Below, piece by piece: positions 1-10,500 of a DNA stretch of 47,504 bases. How positions within the stretch are numbered: the first letter of the stretch is position 1; the number at the start of each line of letters is the position of its first letter. Source of the stretch: Methanobacteriota archaeon (GTDB lineage Archaea > Thermoplasmatota > Thermoplasmata > RBG-16-68-12 > SOIM01); NCBI GenBank assembly GCA_020345725.1, contig CP070767.1:1782276-1829779 (forward strand). The letters are read 5' to 3'. The position numbers and the translations under genes are program-made. Under the pieces are notes generated by a model. It was not told the DNA's origin. It saw only the letters and a list, made by a program, of their open reading frames with translations, and did not search any database.

Positions 1-9
1 CAAGTAGCA

Positions 10-822
10 GTGGCAGGCAAATGCGTTCTATTTCACAGTAGCAAGGAGTCTTTCTGCTCTGGGTGTACCGTTGAAGAGGGTGATGATGCCGGAATCATGG
101 CCAACAAATGCGTTTTCACCCTCTCAAAATTCGATAGCTGGGACGAGATAGAACTGAAGAGATACCTGGCGAGAACACTGGAGAACAGCAAGAAGAATGA
201 GCTCTCCCCAGAGAACAAGACCAGATTGGCCGAAACACTTAGTTCAATATTGGAATACTCTGCCAAAATGGACGATATTGCTAGGATTGTGGGGAGCACC
301 TACGCATATCTGGGACAGAACGACCAGGCCATGAAGAGCTTCGAACTTGCGTTGACCTTGAAGGAAGATGACACAACCGCACTCAATAACAAGGGTGTAC
401 TGCTTGCCAGGAGCGGGAAGATCAAGGATGCCATTACCTGCTATGATGAAGTCACCGATCTGGATCCCGACAACGAGAAGGCCTGGTTCAACAAAGGAAA
501 GGCGTACATTCGATTGAAAGAACCGAGCAAGGGCTCTGAATGTTTCAAGAATGTTGTGGAGATAAACCCGAAGAATGTGAGTGCCTGGAACAATCTGGGT
601 GTCTCCCTCCGAATGATGGGGAAGCCCAAGGAAGCCGTGAAATACTACAACTCGGCCCTGAGATTGAAAAAGGACTACAAGTGGGCGTGGAACAACAAAG
701 GCATTGCACTCATGTTCAGAAGGAAATACAGGGAGGCCGAGAAGTGTTTCAAGAAGGTCTTGGAGATTGATCCAGACTTCAAAGAAGCAAAAGAAGGTCT
801 TCTGGTTTGCGGAGCGAAATAG
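10..822 (+). CDS. Tetratricopeptide repeat protein (possibly 5'-truncated)
   Basis: Repeated TPR motifs (ALNNKGVLL, AWFNKGKAY, AWNNLGVSL, AWNNKGIAL); the frame is open back to base 1. Confidence 0.9.
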   Translation: MAGKCVLFHSSKESFCSGCTVEEGDDAGIMANKCVFTLSKFDSWDEIELKRYLARTLENSKKNELSPENKTRLAETLSSILEYSAKMDDIARIVGSTYAYLGQNDQAMKSFELALTLKEDDTTALNNKGVLLARSGKIKDAITCYDEVTDLDPDNEKAWFNKGKAYIRLKEPSKGSECFKNVVEINPKNVSAWNNLGVSLRMMGKPKEAVKYYNSALRLKKDYKWAWNNKGIALMFRRKYREAEKCFKKVLEIDPDFKEAKEGLLVCGAK

Positions 823-825
823 AAT

Positions 826-1659
826 TCAGAATTTCCTAGTCACATATTCGAGGACGGATTCGAAGATGACTCTTCCGTCCCCTTTTTCCTTTGGTCCCTC
901 TCTCGTCCAATCAGGGTGCTGATATCCGTGGAAGATTCTCTCCGGATGTGGCATCATCCCGAAGACGTTCCCTTCACTGTTGCATATGCCAGCGATGTTG
1001 TCCAACGAACCATTCGGATTCCAGAAATATCCGGCGTACTCCCCTTCGGGATCTACGTACTTGAAAACGATCATGTCCAAGTCTTCCATTCTCTTCAGTA
1101 GCTCACTTTCCTTTCCTCTTGGAAGTGTAAACTTGCCCTCTGTGTGTGCGACTGGACAGACTATTACTTCACCTTCCGGCAACTTCTTGGTGAAAACGCA
1201 GTTCCCCTTGTTCTCGTGTTTCAGTAGTGATGGTCTGCACTCATATCTGGCAGAATCGTTCGTAGCCAGGACGGCTTGAGGAACAGATGACATGAAACCA
1301 TTGAATGACGGCAATAGACCTATCTCAACGAGAACCTGGAAGCCATTGCAGACACCGAGGATTGGCCTTCCCTCTTTACCAAACTCCACCAGCTCCTTCT
1401 CCAAAGAGCTCTTGACCCTCGCACCGAGAATCGCCCCAGCCCTCACATAATCGCCAGATGAGAACCCACCGGGAATCATCACAATGTCATAGTCCAGGAG
1501 GTCCCTTTTCTCATCATCATATGTGTCCATGCCTATGAGTAGCTTTAGATGAACCTTCTCTGGCTTAGCTCCCAATCTCTTGAAAACCCAGTACGATTCC
1601 TCTTCGCAGTTGGTTCCTTCAATATATAGGACGCAGACCTTCACATCTTCGACTCTCAT
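826..1659 (-). CDS. purQ: Phosphoribosylformylglycinamidine synthase glutaminase subunit
   Basis: GTNCEEE, PGGFSSGDY, GVCNGFQ, NPNGS and GMMPHPER motifs; overlaps the purL stop. Confidence 0.97.
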   Translation of the reverse strand: MRVEDVKVCVLYIEGTNCEEESYWVFKRLGAKPEKVHLKLLIGMDTYDDEKRDLLDYDIVMIPGGFSSGDYVRAGAILGARVKSSLEKELVEFGKEGRPILGVCNGFQVLVEIGLLPSFNGFMSSVPQAVLATNDSARYECRPSLLKHENKGNCVFTKKLPEGEVIVCPVAHTEGKFTLPRGKESELLKRMEDLDMIVFKYVDPEGEYAGYFWNPNGSLDNIAGICNSEGNVFGMMPHPERIFHGYQHPDWTREGPKEKGDGRVIFESVLEYVTRKF

Positions 1660-3998
1660 GCCATCCCTCCCATGAGCTCGGTGAGAGTGTCGGTCCAGGC
1701 CTTTCGGACATCGTTCAGAGAGAGTTTGATCCTCCTTCCATTATCCTTGAATAATATTTCTTTTCCAGAAACCTCTCCAATTCTGTTTATGGATAATCCA
1801 TCTAGTCTCCTGAGTATTTCTTCCTCATTGTCAGGATCGACCTCCAACAGCCAGCGGGTGTTGGATTCCGAGAACAGCTTGAAGTCGAATCTCAAATCAC
1901 CAAGAGTGGACAAATCCACGTTCGCACCCAAGTCCCCACCTAGACACATCTCGGAAAGGGCAACAGCCAGACCACCGTGAGAGATGTCATGGCATGATCG
2001 AATCAGACCTTTATTGATTGAAGAGAGAATAGAGCTCATTGATCTCTTGAGCACGTCTATCTCAACAGTCGGAACTGCTGGACTGAATGCGCCCCTGAGA
2101 GAGTAGTACTCGGAACCGCCCATCTCCTTTCTCGTTTCACCAACCAGGTAGATCAGATTTCCCTCTTTCTTGAAATCCGAAGTCACACATCTCATGAAAT
2201 CTTCAACAATCCCTATGCCCAGAATGACAGGTGTCGGCTTGACAGGAGCAAAGGATGTCTCATTGTAGAAACTCACGTTCCCAGAAGGTACTGGCAGACC
2301 AAGCTCAGAAGCCATTTCACCTATGCCTCTGACAGTCTCTCGGAAGGCTCCAAGCCTATCGGGTTTCTCGGGATTTCCGAAGTTCAAACAGTTTGAGAAC
2401 GAGTGTGGCTTACCTCCCACTGCTACCAGATTTCTGCACATCTCGTCCATTGCGGACGCCCCTCCCAAATATGGATTGATTGCAGTGTATTGCGGTGTGG
2501 TGGCTGTTGTTATCGCTAAAGACTTGTTGGAATGCTCAAGAGGTTTCATGACAACAGCGTCACCGTGACATGCCAGCCCAATCTTTCCTTGGAGTGGTTT
2601 CAGGATTGTGGAAGCTCTAATCTCGTGATCGTACTGCCTAATGACCCAATCCTTACTGGAGACATTCTGGGAAGACAAGATGCCAAGCAGCGTATCTTCA
2701 TAGTTCTCAGGTTCGTCTAAGGATGTTTCCTCGGCATTCATGGATTCGAACTCTGTGACGAACGGTCTGCAATACTCCGGTCCGGCCGTGAGGAATTCCA
2801 GGTCTAGCTCCAGAACCACTTGTCCTTGATATTTCACTCGGACTATCTTGTCATGTATGACATGTCCAATGGGAGTGGCCAGAACATCGTACAACTTGAA
2901 GATGTGGAGCACTTTCTCAACGTTCTTTGGATCAACTGCGAGCATCATCCTCTCTTGCGATTCGCTAACCCAGATCTCCCAACAAAGAAGGCCTTCTTCT
3001 TTCAGGGGGACCTTTTCAAGATCGACCTCAGCCCCAAAACCTCCGGCAAGGGCCATCTCACCCACGACGCACGACAGCCCGCCTCCGCCAAGGTCCTTCA
3101 TACCGTTCAGCAGGCCTCTCTCTGCAGCTTCCAGGCAGGCGTGAATGAGTGGTTCTTTCAGAATCGGATCACCCAGCTGTACTGCACCGCCCCTCCATTC
3201 TTCTTCCATATCCTCGGTGAGTTCCACGGACGCGAAAGTTACGCCATGTATCCCGTCCCTTCCAGTTCTGCCACCCACCAGTATGAACACGTCACTCTCC
3301 GTCTTCACCCTGTTTCTGGCCAGGTTCTTCTTCTTGGCGATTCCTACACATCCGACATTGATGATGCAGTTCCCGATGTATCCTTCGTCAAAGAGAACGG
3401 CTCCAGATACGGTCGGAATGCCTAATCGGTTCCCGTAATCCCTTATCCCGGCTACAACTCCGCCCATGAGATAACGCGGATGCTTGACACCTGCAGGAAG
3501 GTCTCGATACCTGAAATCCAGAGGTCCGAAGTGTAGCGGGTCGATGAGTGCGATTGGCTGGGCACCCATGCATAGTACATCTCTGATTATTCCTCCGATT
3601 CCAGTAGCTGCACCACCGTAGGGTTCCACCGCACTGGGATGATTGTGGCTCTCTATCCTAATCGCATAGGCATGCTCCTCGTCGAAGTCAACAACGCCAG
3701 CATCTCCTCGATCGATAACATCATCAGATTCTATGCTGACGAGATATTCTTTCAGAAAGACCTTGGAGGATTTGTAGCAACAATGCTCTGACCATGCCTG
3801 ACCAAGAGATTGAAGCTCTACGTCAGTGGGGTTTCTCCCTTTCGATTTGAAATATGACTTGATTCTATGCATTTCCTCAACGTTAAGGGCCAGACCAGCG
3901 TCGTCGCTCATCTTCTGCAGTTCTTCTGGTGAGGCCGAGAGGATGTCAACTTCGTACAACCCAAATGGAAGGTCTTTCCTACTGAACAGGTTTCTCAT
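1656..3998 (-). CDS. purL: Phosphoribosylformylglycinamidine synthase subunit PurL
   Basis: WSEHCCYKSS, ESHNHPSAVEPYGGAATGIGG, SESQERM and NFGNPE motifs; ATG at 3998 preferred over TTG at 4004. Confidence 0.97.
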   Translation of the reverse strand: MRNLFSRKDLPFGLYEVDILSASPEELQKMSDDAGLALNVEEMHRIKSYFKSKGRNPTDVELQSLGQAWSEHCCYKSSKVFLKEYLVSIESDDVIDRGDAGVVDFDEEHAYAIRIESHNHPSAVEPYGGAATGIGGIIRDVLCMGAQPIALIDPLHFGPLDFRYRDLPAGVKHPRYLMGGVVAGIRDYGNRLGIPTVSGAVLFDEGYIGNCIINVGCVGIAKKKNLARNRVKTESDVFILVGGRTGRDGIHGVTFASVELTEDMEEEWRGGAVQLGDPILKEPLIHACLEAAERGLLNGMKDLGGGGLSCVVGEMALAGGFGAEVDLEKVPLKEEGLLCWEIWVSESQERMMLAVDPKNVEKVLHIFKLYDVLATPIGHVIHDKIVRVKYQGQVVLELDLEFLTAGPEYCRPFVTEFESMNAEETSLDEPENYEDTLLGILSSQNVSSKDWVIRQYDHEIRASTILKPLQGKIGLACHGDAVVMKPLEHSNKSLAITTATTPQYTAINPYLGGASAMDEMCRNLVAVGGKPHSFSNCLNFGNPEKPDRLGAFRETVRGIGEMASELGLPVPSGNVSFYNETSFAPVKPTPVILGIGIVEDFMRCVTSDFKKEGNLIYLVGETRKEMGGSEYYSLRGAFSPAVPTVEIDVLKRSMSSILSSINKGLIRSCHDISHGGLAVALSEMCLGGDLGANVDLSTLGDLRFDFKLFSESNTRWLLEVDPDNEEEILRRLDGLSINRIGEVSGKEILFKDNGRRIKLSLNDVRKAWTDTLTELMGGMA

Positions 3999-4049
3999 CC
4001 CCAACCCCCTTGACAGAGGTCTCTGCTTCTAACGAACTCTCTGCCATTC

Positions 4050-4295
4050 TCATTCCTTTAGAGTGATTGTGTAATCATGAATCACGGGATTTGCGAGGAG
4101 CTTCTGACACATCTCCTCAACAATCTCCTTCGCTCTGGCTTCATCGTTCTCATCTATGTTGATACTGAAAAGCCGAGCAGATTTTACTTCAATGGCGGAA
4201 TCAAAACCGAGAAGCTTCAAGGCCTTCAGCGTGTTGGTCCCCTCCGGGTCCGCCACCCCCTTCTTCAGATGAACCTGCACCTCTGCGGTCACCAT
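4050..4295 (-). CDS. purS: Phosphoribosylformylglycinamidine synthase subunit PurS
   Basis: LKKGVADPEG and MCQKLLANPVI motifs; lies upstream of purL. Confidence 0.95.
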   Translation of the reverse strand: MVTAEVQVHLKKGVADPEGTNTLKALKLLGFDSAIEVKSARLFSINIDENDEARAKEIVEEMCQKLLANPVIHDYTITLKE

Positions 4296-4446
4296 CAAAC
4301 CACTTGGGAGGTGTATGTTCGTTTCGATATTAATTGTGTTGGTGTGGTGACAAGAGACTGCTACAGTCCAACAGTTAGCGTACCAATACTGATTCGATTT
4401 ATAGGTTGCCCTGGTCTGTGGAAGCCCCCTACTAGGAGGCTAGCCA

Positions 4447-5370
4447 ATGACAAGCAAGACAAAGAAGAACAAGCAGAGATACTCATCAATGCAAGAGATA
4501 GGTAAGGACGTCCTCGGCAAACTAAAGACTTCCATGAAGAAAGAGGACAAAGCTCCAGAAGAGACCAAGATCGAGAGGATACAACCAGAGGATTTCAAGC
4601 TGGAACATACAACAGTGTGGAACTTCCAGAAACGCGGTGATTGGGCCACCCACAAAGGTGATTTTAGAGGTAATTGGGCGCCTCAGATACCTAGGAACAT
4701 ACTCCTTCGTTACAGCAAGGTGGGAGATACTATCCTGGACCCAATGGTCGGAAGCGGGACGACACTCATAGAGGCGAAGGTCACAGGAAGGAACGGCATT
4801 GGACTGGACGTGGACCCGAGTGCCCTCCTTGTGGCATTGAGCAGACTGGAGTTTGATGTCTCGGACGAGGACATACCAGAGAGCAGTCAGCAGGTCTTCA
4901 TCGGTGATGCAAGGAATCTGGACATGATAGAGAATGAGTCTGTCGACCTGGGATTGATACACCCACCACAACCCGACTACATAGGGAACGTGAACGGAAG
5001 GAACTCGGCAGATCTGTCCTTTGTTTCCAGCTTTGATGAATACTGTAAGGAGATGAAGGAAGTGGCAAAGGAGATGTTCAGAACTCTGAAGCCTGGGAAG
5101 TATTGCTCCATCCTAGTCGGAGACACAAGGAGACACAAGCACTACGTGCCCATTTCGCACAGGATTATGCAGAATTTCCTTGATGTGGGATTCACCCTGA
5201 AAGAGAACGTGATCAAGAAGCAATGGAACTGCTCCCAATCTGGCTTCTGGGCCAGGAGGTCCAAGAGGGACAATTTCCTGCTAATCTCTCACAAGAACTT
5301 GTTTGTGTTCAGAAAACCCGATCCAGAGGAGGATACTGCCAAGCTGGAGAACAGTATGAAGTGGTGGTAG
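4447..5370 (+). CDS. SAM-dependent amino-methyltransferase (N4/N6 DNA methylase / Trm11-like), atypical motif IV
   Basis: Motif I DPMVGSGTT, GNWAPQIPRN and GDARNL; motif IV reads HPPQ. Confidence 0.8.
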   Translation: MTSKTKKNKQRYSSMQEIGKDVLGKLKTSMKKEDKAPEETKIERIQPEDFKLEHTTVWNFQKRGDWATHKGDFRGNWAPQIPRNILLRYSKVGDTILDPMVGSGTTLIEAKVTGRNGIGLDVDPSALLVALSRLEFDVSDEDIPESSQQVFIGDARNLDMIENESVDLGLIHPPQPDYIGNVNGRNSADLSFVSSFDEYCKEMKEVAKEMFRTLKPGKYCSILVGDTRRHKHYVPISHRIMQNFLDVGFTLKENVIKKQWNCSQSGFWARRSKRDNFLLISHKNLFVFRKPDPEEDTAKLENSMKWW

Positions 5371-5371
5371 G

Positions 5372-5902
5372 TCAGAAAGCCTCCCAATGTACCCTTTCGG
5401 ACATGAATTCGCTGTCTTCGTGGGGAGATTTGTCCTGGGCTGGATAACCAGTGGCAACCATGCACAGCACACGGATGGTCGAAGGGATGCCCAACACTTC
5501 CCTAGCGTATTCCTCGGCTGTTTGATCTTCAGAGTGGACACTGTCCCGTATGTGTATCCAGCAGCTGCCCAGTCTCAGCTCAGTGACCATCAGTTGAATC
5601 ATTATTGCAGAGATACTGCTATCCTCAATCCAGCGGCCAGCAATCTCAGAATCTGCGCATACGACAATCACAAGTGGTGCTCCTGATGCGAACCTGGAGC
5701 TTCCATCTCGGGCTCTTGAAAGCTTCTCAATGGTATCTTTCTCAGTTACCAGCACAAAATGCCAGGGTCTTCGGTTTGAGGCAGAAGGCGAGAAGAACGC
5801 GGCCGTGAGGATCTTGTCAATCAGTTCCCTTGGAACCTCTTTCTCTTCATACTTCCTTATGGACCTTCTCTTCCGCATAACGTCAAGGATTGAATTGGTC
5901 AT
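5372..5902 (-). CDS. Nitroreductase family protein
   Basis: RRSIRKY, SPSASNRRPWHF and LGSCWI motifs. Confidence 0.92.
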   Translation of the reverse strand: MTNSILDVMRKRRSIRKYEEKEVPRELIDKILTAAFFSPSASNRRPWHFVLVTEKDTIEKLSRARDGSSRFASGAPLVIVVCADSEIAGRWIEDSSISAIMIQLMVTELRLGSCWIHIRDSVHSEDQTAEEYAREVLGIPSTIRVLCMVATGYPAQDKSPHEDSEFMSERVHWEAF

Positions 5903-5965
5903 GGAACCACATCATGTGTAAGATGACATCCCATAAATATCGGTTGCGCCATTGCAACGAGGAAG

Positions 5966-6721
5966 ATGTACGACCCTGTCAAAAGAGCGAAATCTCTGGA
6001 AAAGATAGCTTATCAAGGAAGGAATAGAAGGTACTACCGCTTCCGAGGCGCAAAATGGTATGGAGGGATAGCGACCGGTGATGTAGCAGTGTGTAATCTA
6101 AGATGTGTCTTCTGCTGGGCAGGAGACAACATCATGAACAGACCGCAGGACGTGGGGAAGTTCTACTCTCCCGAAGAGGCTTTCTCAAAACTGGACAAGA
6201 TTGCTAGTGGAGAGGGATTTTCGCAGTTGAGATTGAGCGGACAGGAACCTACAATTGGCAAGGAGCACCTTGTGGACCTACTGGGACTTGTGGAGGAATC
6301 ACCCTACAGATTCATTCTCGAAACGAACGGTATTCTCCTGGGGGCTGACCCAAACTATGCGCCAGATCTCTCTGGTTTTCGAAAACTCCACGTACGGATT
6401 TCTCTAAAGGGGACTTGTGAGGATGAGTACGAAATGCTGACCGGAGCAAACCCAGAATCGTTCAAGTTGCAGCTCAAAGCCATATCAAATCTGAAGGATG
6501 CCGGAGTCAGTTGCCACCCAGCGGTGATGGTTTCCTTCTCCTCCAAGGAGAGTTTCGTGGGTTTGTCCGATAGATTGGACGCCATAGATAGGGACTTATT
6601 TGAGAGCCTAGAGATTGAAGAGTTGATCACTTATCCACACGTCATAAAGAGGCTCAAGAAGGCGGGACTGGTCTCCTCGGCTTCACATGATCCATCCGAT
6701 GTTCCAACAGAGCTCGTGTAG
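5966..6721 (+). CDS. Uncharacterised radical SAM protein
   Basis: CNLRCVFC (CxxxCxxC), SGQEPT and ETNG motifs. Confidence 0.85.
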   Translation: MYDPVKRAKSLEKIAYQGRNRRYYRFRGAKWYGGIATGDVAVCNLRCVFCWAGDNIMNRPQDVGKFYSPEEAFSKLDKIASGEGFSQLRLSGQEPTIGKEHLVDLLGLVEESPYRFILETNGILLGADPNYAPDLSGFRKLHVRISLKGTCEDEYEMLTGANPESFKLQLKAISNLKDAGVSCHPAVMVSFSSKESFVGLSDRLDAIDRDLFESLEIEELITYPHVIKRLKKAGLVSSASHDPSDVPTELV

Positions 6722-6735
6722 TTCATTCTCGCGCC

Positions 6736-7488
6736 CTAATCTTCCACAACTTTTCTTGCATAGGTGATGTAGCCGGTATGACCCAGTGTTTCATAGCTCG
6801 GTCTGGATCCAAGTTCCCCGACTTCCATCTCCCGTTGGATTATTTCTATAGAACTAACATCAAAGAAGGAACGGTTCTTCATCTCCCTGACCACCTTTTC
6901 CATTTGATTCACAGTTGGCACGTACACGGCAAGATGACCACCCGGTTTCATGGATTGGTGGATATGGTCCAACACATCCCAAGGATTCGGGATGTCAACA
7001 ACAGCGCTGTTGAAACCTCTTTCCTCTATTCCATCAACCGCGTCCTGAACCTTGATCTGCACACAATCTTCGAACCCAGCCCTTTTGACATTCTTTCCTG
7101 CCAGTATGGCGAAGTCTTCCCTCTTCTCATAACTGATTACCTTGCCTTCAGGGGCCACAAAATAGGCGAGGACTATCGTCATTGCCGCGGAGCCGGTACC
7201 AACTTCCAGAACGGTATCTCCTGACTTCACGTCGCAGTTTAGGACGATGGAGGCACTGTCCTTGGGAGTGATTATCTGGGCTTCGCGCTCAATCGTCTGG
7301 ACTAGATCTAATACACTGGGCTTGAGACAGATAAACTCTTTGCCTGCAATCTCAATCTTCTTTCCTTCTGGATTACTCGGGAACTTGGAGAAATCAACCA
7401 CACCAAGGCCTGGAATCTTCTCCACTCCTTCCTTGACGGCAACCAACCTCTTTCTGCCCTCTTTGTCCACAAGAACGAGTCTCTCCAT
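6736..7488 (-). CDS. trmI: tRNA (adenine-57/58-N1)-methyltransferase
   Basis: QIITPKD, EVGTGSA, DIPNPW and RPSYETLGHTGY motifs. Confidence 0.92.
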   Translation of the reverse strand: MERLVLVDKEGRKRLVAVKEGVEKIPGLGVVDFSKFPSNPEGKKIEIAGKEFICLKPSVLDLVQTIEREAQIITPKDSASIVLNCDVKSGDTVLEVGTGSAAMTIVLAYFVAPEGKVISYEKREDFAILAGKNVKRAGFEDCVQIKVQDAVDGIEERGFNSAVVDIPNPWDVLDHIHQSMKPGGHLAVYVPTVNQMEKVVREMKNRSFFDVSSIEIIQREMEVGELGSRPSYETLGHTGYITYARKVVED

Positions 7489-7550
7489 CCAGCATCTGGG
7501 ATGATACTGCGATTTAAAAGGGTTTCTAATGGCAGTAAACAGTACCCGGA

Positions 7551-10500
7551 CTAGAATCCAGCGATTGACAACTTGTCGTTACTCGTGGAGTAAACCCAAT
7601 AGCCTTCACCGGGGACCAGATAATCAGCGGGGTTGGTCATCTTCTTCAGATGGTAGGGTGGATTCAACGAGTCAAAGCCCTCAACCAGCTCAATAGATGG
7701 ATGGCTGAGCAAGTCGCCAACCGTCATTCCGGTCGTGTTCATGGACGGATATCCAATCAGGTTCCAGCCTGGATACAGTTGAATCTCTGTAATGTAGGCT
7801 ACAAGGCCAGCAAGGCGCAGTGTTGCACCACCTGTCATATGCACCCAGATACCCATCGTCTTGTCAACCTCGGTAAGTGTCTGCGCGTATGATTTGAAGG
7901 TCATATATGAGAGCCATTGACCTGTCTGTGAATCATACACCCTGACCTGATCATAGAACCCATCTATGGAAATAAACGTGTTCTGGACTGATTTGTCTGA
8001 CAACGCCACTGGGAAGGATATCAGATACCATCCCGCTGCAGCAAAGGTCATGTTGAACCATTCGAACACGGGCTTCTGTCCTATCGTCATAACATCGACG
8101 CAGGCTCCAATGCCCCAGTTGCTGAACTCGTCCTGTCCTCTTGCGCATATCTTGTGGGTTTCTCCACCGTCCCAGGTTGTTGGTATGTGCGTGGCCAAGC
8201 CCAATTCAGTCGGTGAGTCATTGCCTATCGTCATGGGCAGCGCGCCGGTCCAGTCAATGAGTGTTGGATCGGTAACGTTCAGCGGAACTTCCTTCCACTC
8301 GGCAGCACTGATGTTGCTCATTCCCGTGGAAACGTCCGAAACAGTAGCGAATATCTTCAGATCTGCACCATCGATGGAAACATCGAATGGATCGGGATAT
8401 CCAACTATTGGATCGACAACGGGTCCAATCGTATCAGGATCAATCTCCCAGTCTTTGTGGTATACGAGCAGTACACGTCATAGTTCACTTCAGTCACTGT
8501 TCCCTTGCTTGCATGGTAGACCTCGTAGACGTTGTGATACATTCCGCCAATCGTCAAGGAATCCGTCATCTGATGACCTTTCGCAAAGGGATCTGCCGTC
8601 AGCTTTGATAAAGATGGGGCCGTTGCGAAGCCATCTATAGAATCATAGGTCCAGAGATTGGGCTCGTTAAACTCGTTAGCGTTCTCGATGTACTGGATCC
8701 AAGTGTACCCATCGTCAGTGCCAACCATATTGAGTATAGGTCTTCTATCATAGTTGGAGTTGGACACCGAAGTGGCAAATGGTCCAGCAGGCAGTGGCTG
8801 TGGGTGTAGATTTGGACTCACACCTTCCAGCTCTGTCAAGTTAAGTCCCCACGGACGATTGAATATTCCAGAGGTCGTATTGTACTCGTAGTGACCGTCC
8901 AGATATCCTACATACAGGCGGAGATCCACTGCGCCCTCGTCATTGGTCACCACGACATACATCCTGTTGCCTGCAGGACCTTCGGTGGTTGCGACACAGG
9001 CGGGCCATTGTATGTTGGTTCCATCCGTGTTCCACAGAAGGGAGACATCGTCTCTGGGATTGATGGGTGTGTCATCTCCCATCCATCTACCATCATCGTA
9101 GAGCCTAACCAACAGGTCTCTGTCATCGCCTGCTGGCAGCCTGTAGTAGAAGAAGACCCAAAGGACATTCCGCGAATCAACACAGGAATTGGGGAAGAAG
9201 TAGTAGTTGTTGTCGAAGGGACTGATTCTCCTGCAGTCATCATCGAGCGGGTCACTACAGTTTCCCCAAGTCTCACCGCTGTCTCTCGAGATGGCTATCC
9301 ATGTTTGGACGGCAATCGGATTGCCTGAATCTGGACCTGTATAGTCCAAATGCTCCCAGACCCAGATGACTTCACCGTCGGTTGTTCCATCATCTCTCCA
9401 ATTGGGAATGTTCATTCTTGCCTCGTTCATTGCCTGGCTTCCCGCATTCCTCTCAATGACAACTCTATGCCAGTTGTCGTACAGGGGTGGATCAGCGTGT
9501 GCTGACACACCGTAGGAATCGTAGTCCGGTAAGAACGCATCCGGGTCATCGCCAGTCCATGTTAAGATTACTCTGAAGGATTTATTCTTTCCTCCAGGCA
9601 TATAAGTCCACCTCAAGTCGTTCGGGTCATCATTCCAGTTGGAAACCAAGGTGTGGTTGAATGGCTGCACTGGCATGCCTTGAGCATCCAATGTCGTGTG
9701 AGCCACATAGACATTCCCTCCTCCAAAGCGTCCAGTTGGATCAACTGGGTTCGTCTTATTGTAAGCGATGAATATGTGGTCCGCAGTGCCGTTGTTGAAG
9801 GTTAAGACCGACTGATCCAATTCATCAACCGGGTCTGTTGTTATTTGAATCGGTGTGACAACTATGTCGCAGGACACGGCAAGCTCCAACTCCAGCCGGT
9901 CCGTGATGGAGGTGTTGCCGTGATATGTTCCAGTTATCTTCAAGTCTTGAATACCACAGGAGGGGAAGGCTTGGTCAACATCTATCGTGACCCAAGTTGA
10001 GACAGTCTCCCGGGGCTCCAAATCAGCGATGAAAGACGATTCGAAGTTCATGGTCATCTGAGCAGGTCCTGCCGCAGACAGGAAGACGTTGTCGGTGTTC
10101 GTACCGAAGTTGGTCACTTCGAACGGGAAGAAGACCTGTCCACCCTTGGTGATTTCGAGGGACGTTGGGTAGTCAGAATCCAAGTCAATCTTGTGCTCGG
10201 TCTGTGGCCCGAAATCAGCGGAAACCACGAGGGCAAAAGGTGCGGTAGACGGGAGACTTCGACCAATGACTTCAACCTGCCAGGTCCCTACTTCAGGGAA
10301 CTGGACTTCCACTTGCTCCACGTTGTTGAGGTCGTCAAAGGCATCGCTGTTGTATCTGTCCCAAAGCGGGTTTGCGTCCGAAGCGATTGGGTTGGGAATT
10401 GACCAGCCGTCAAACTGTCCCACAGTTCCGTAGACATTTCCCTTGTATACGTCTCCGCTTGGGGATGTCACAAGGAGGTCAACATCTCTGAAGAGGTCCC

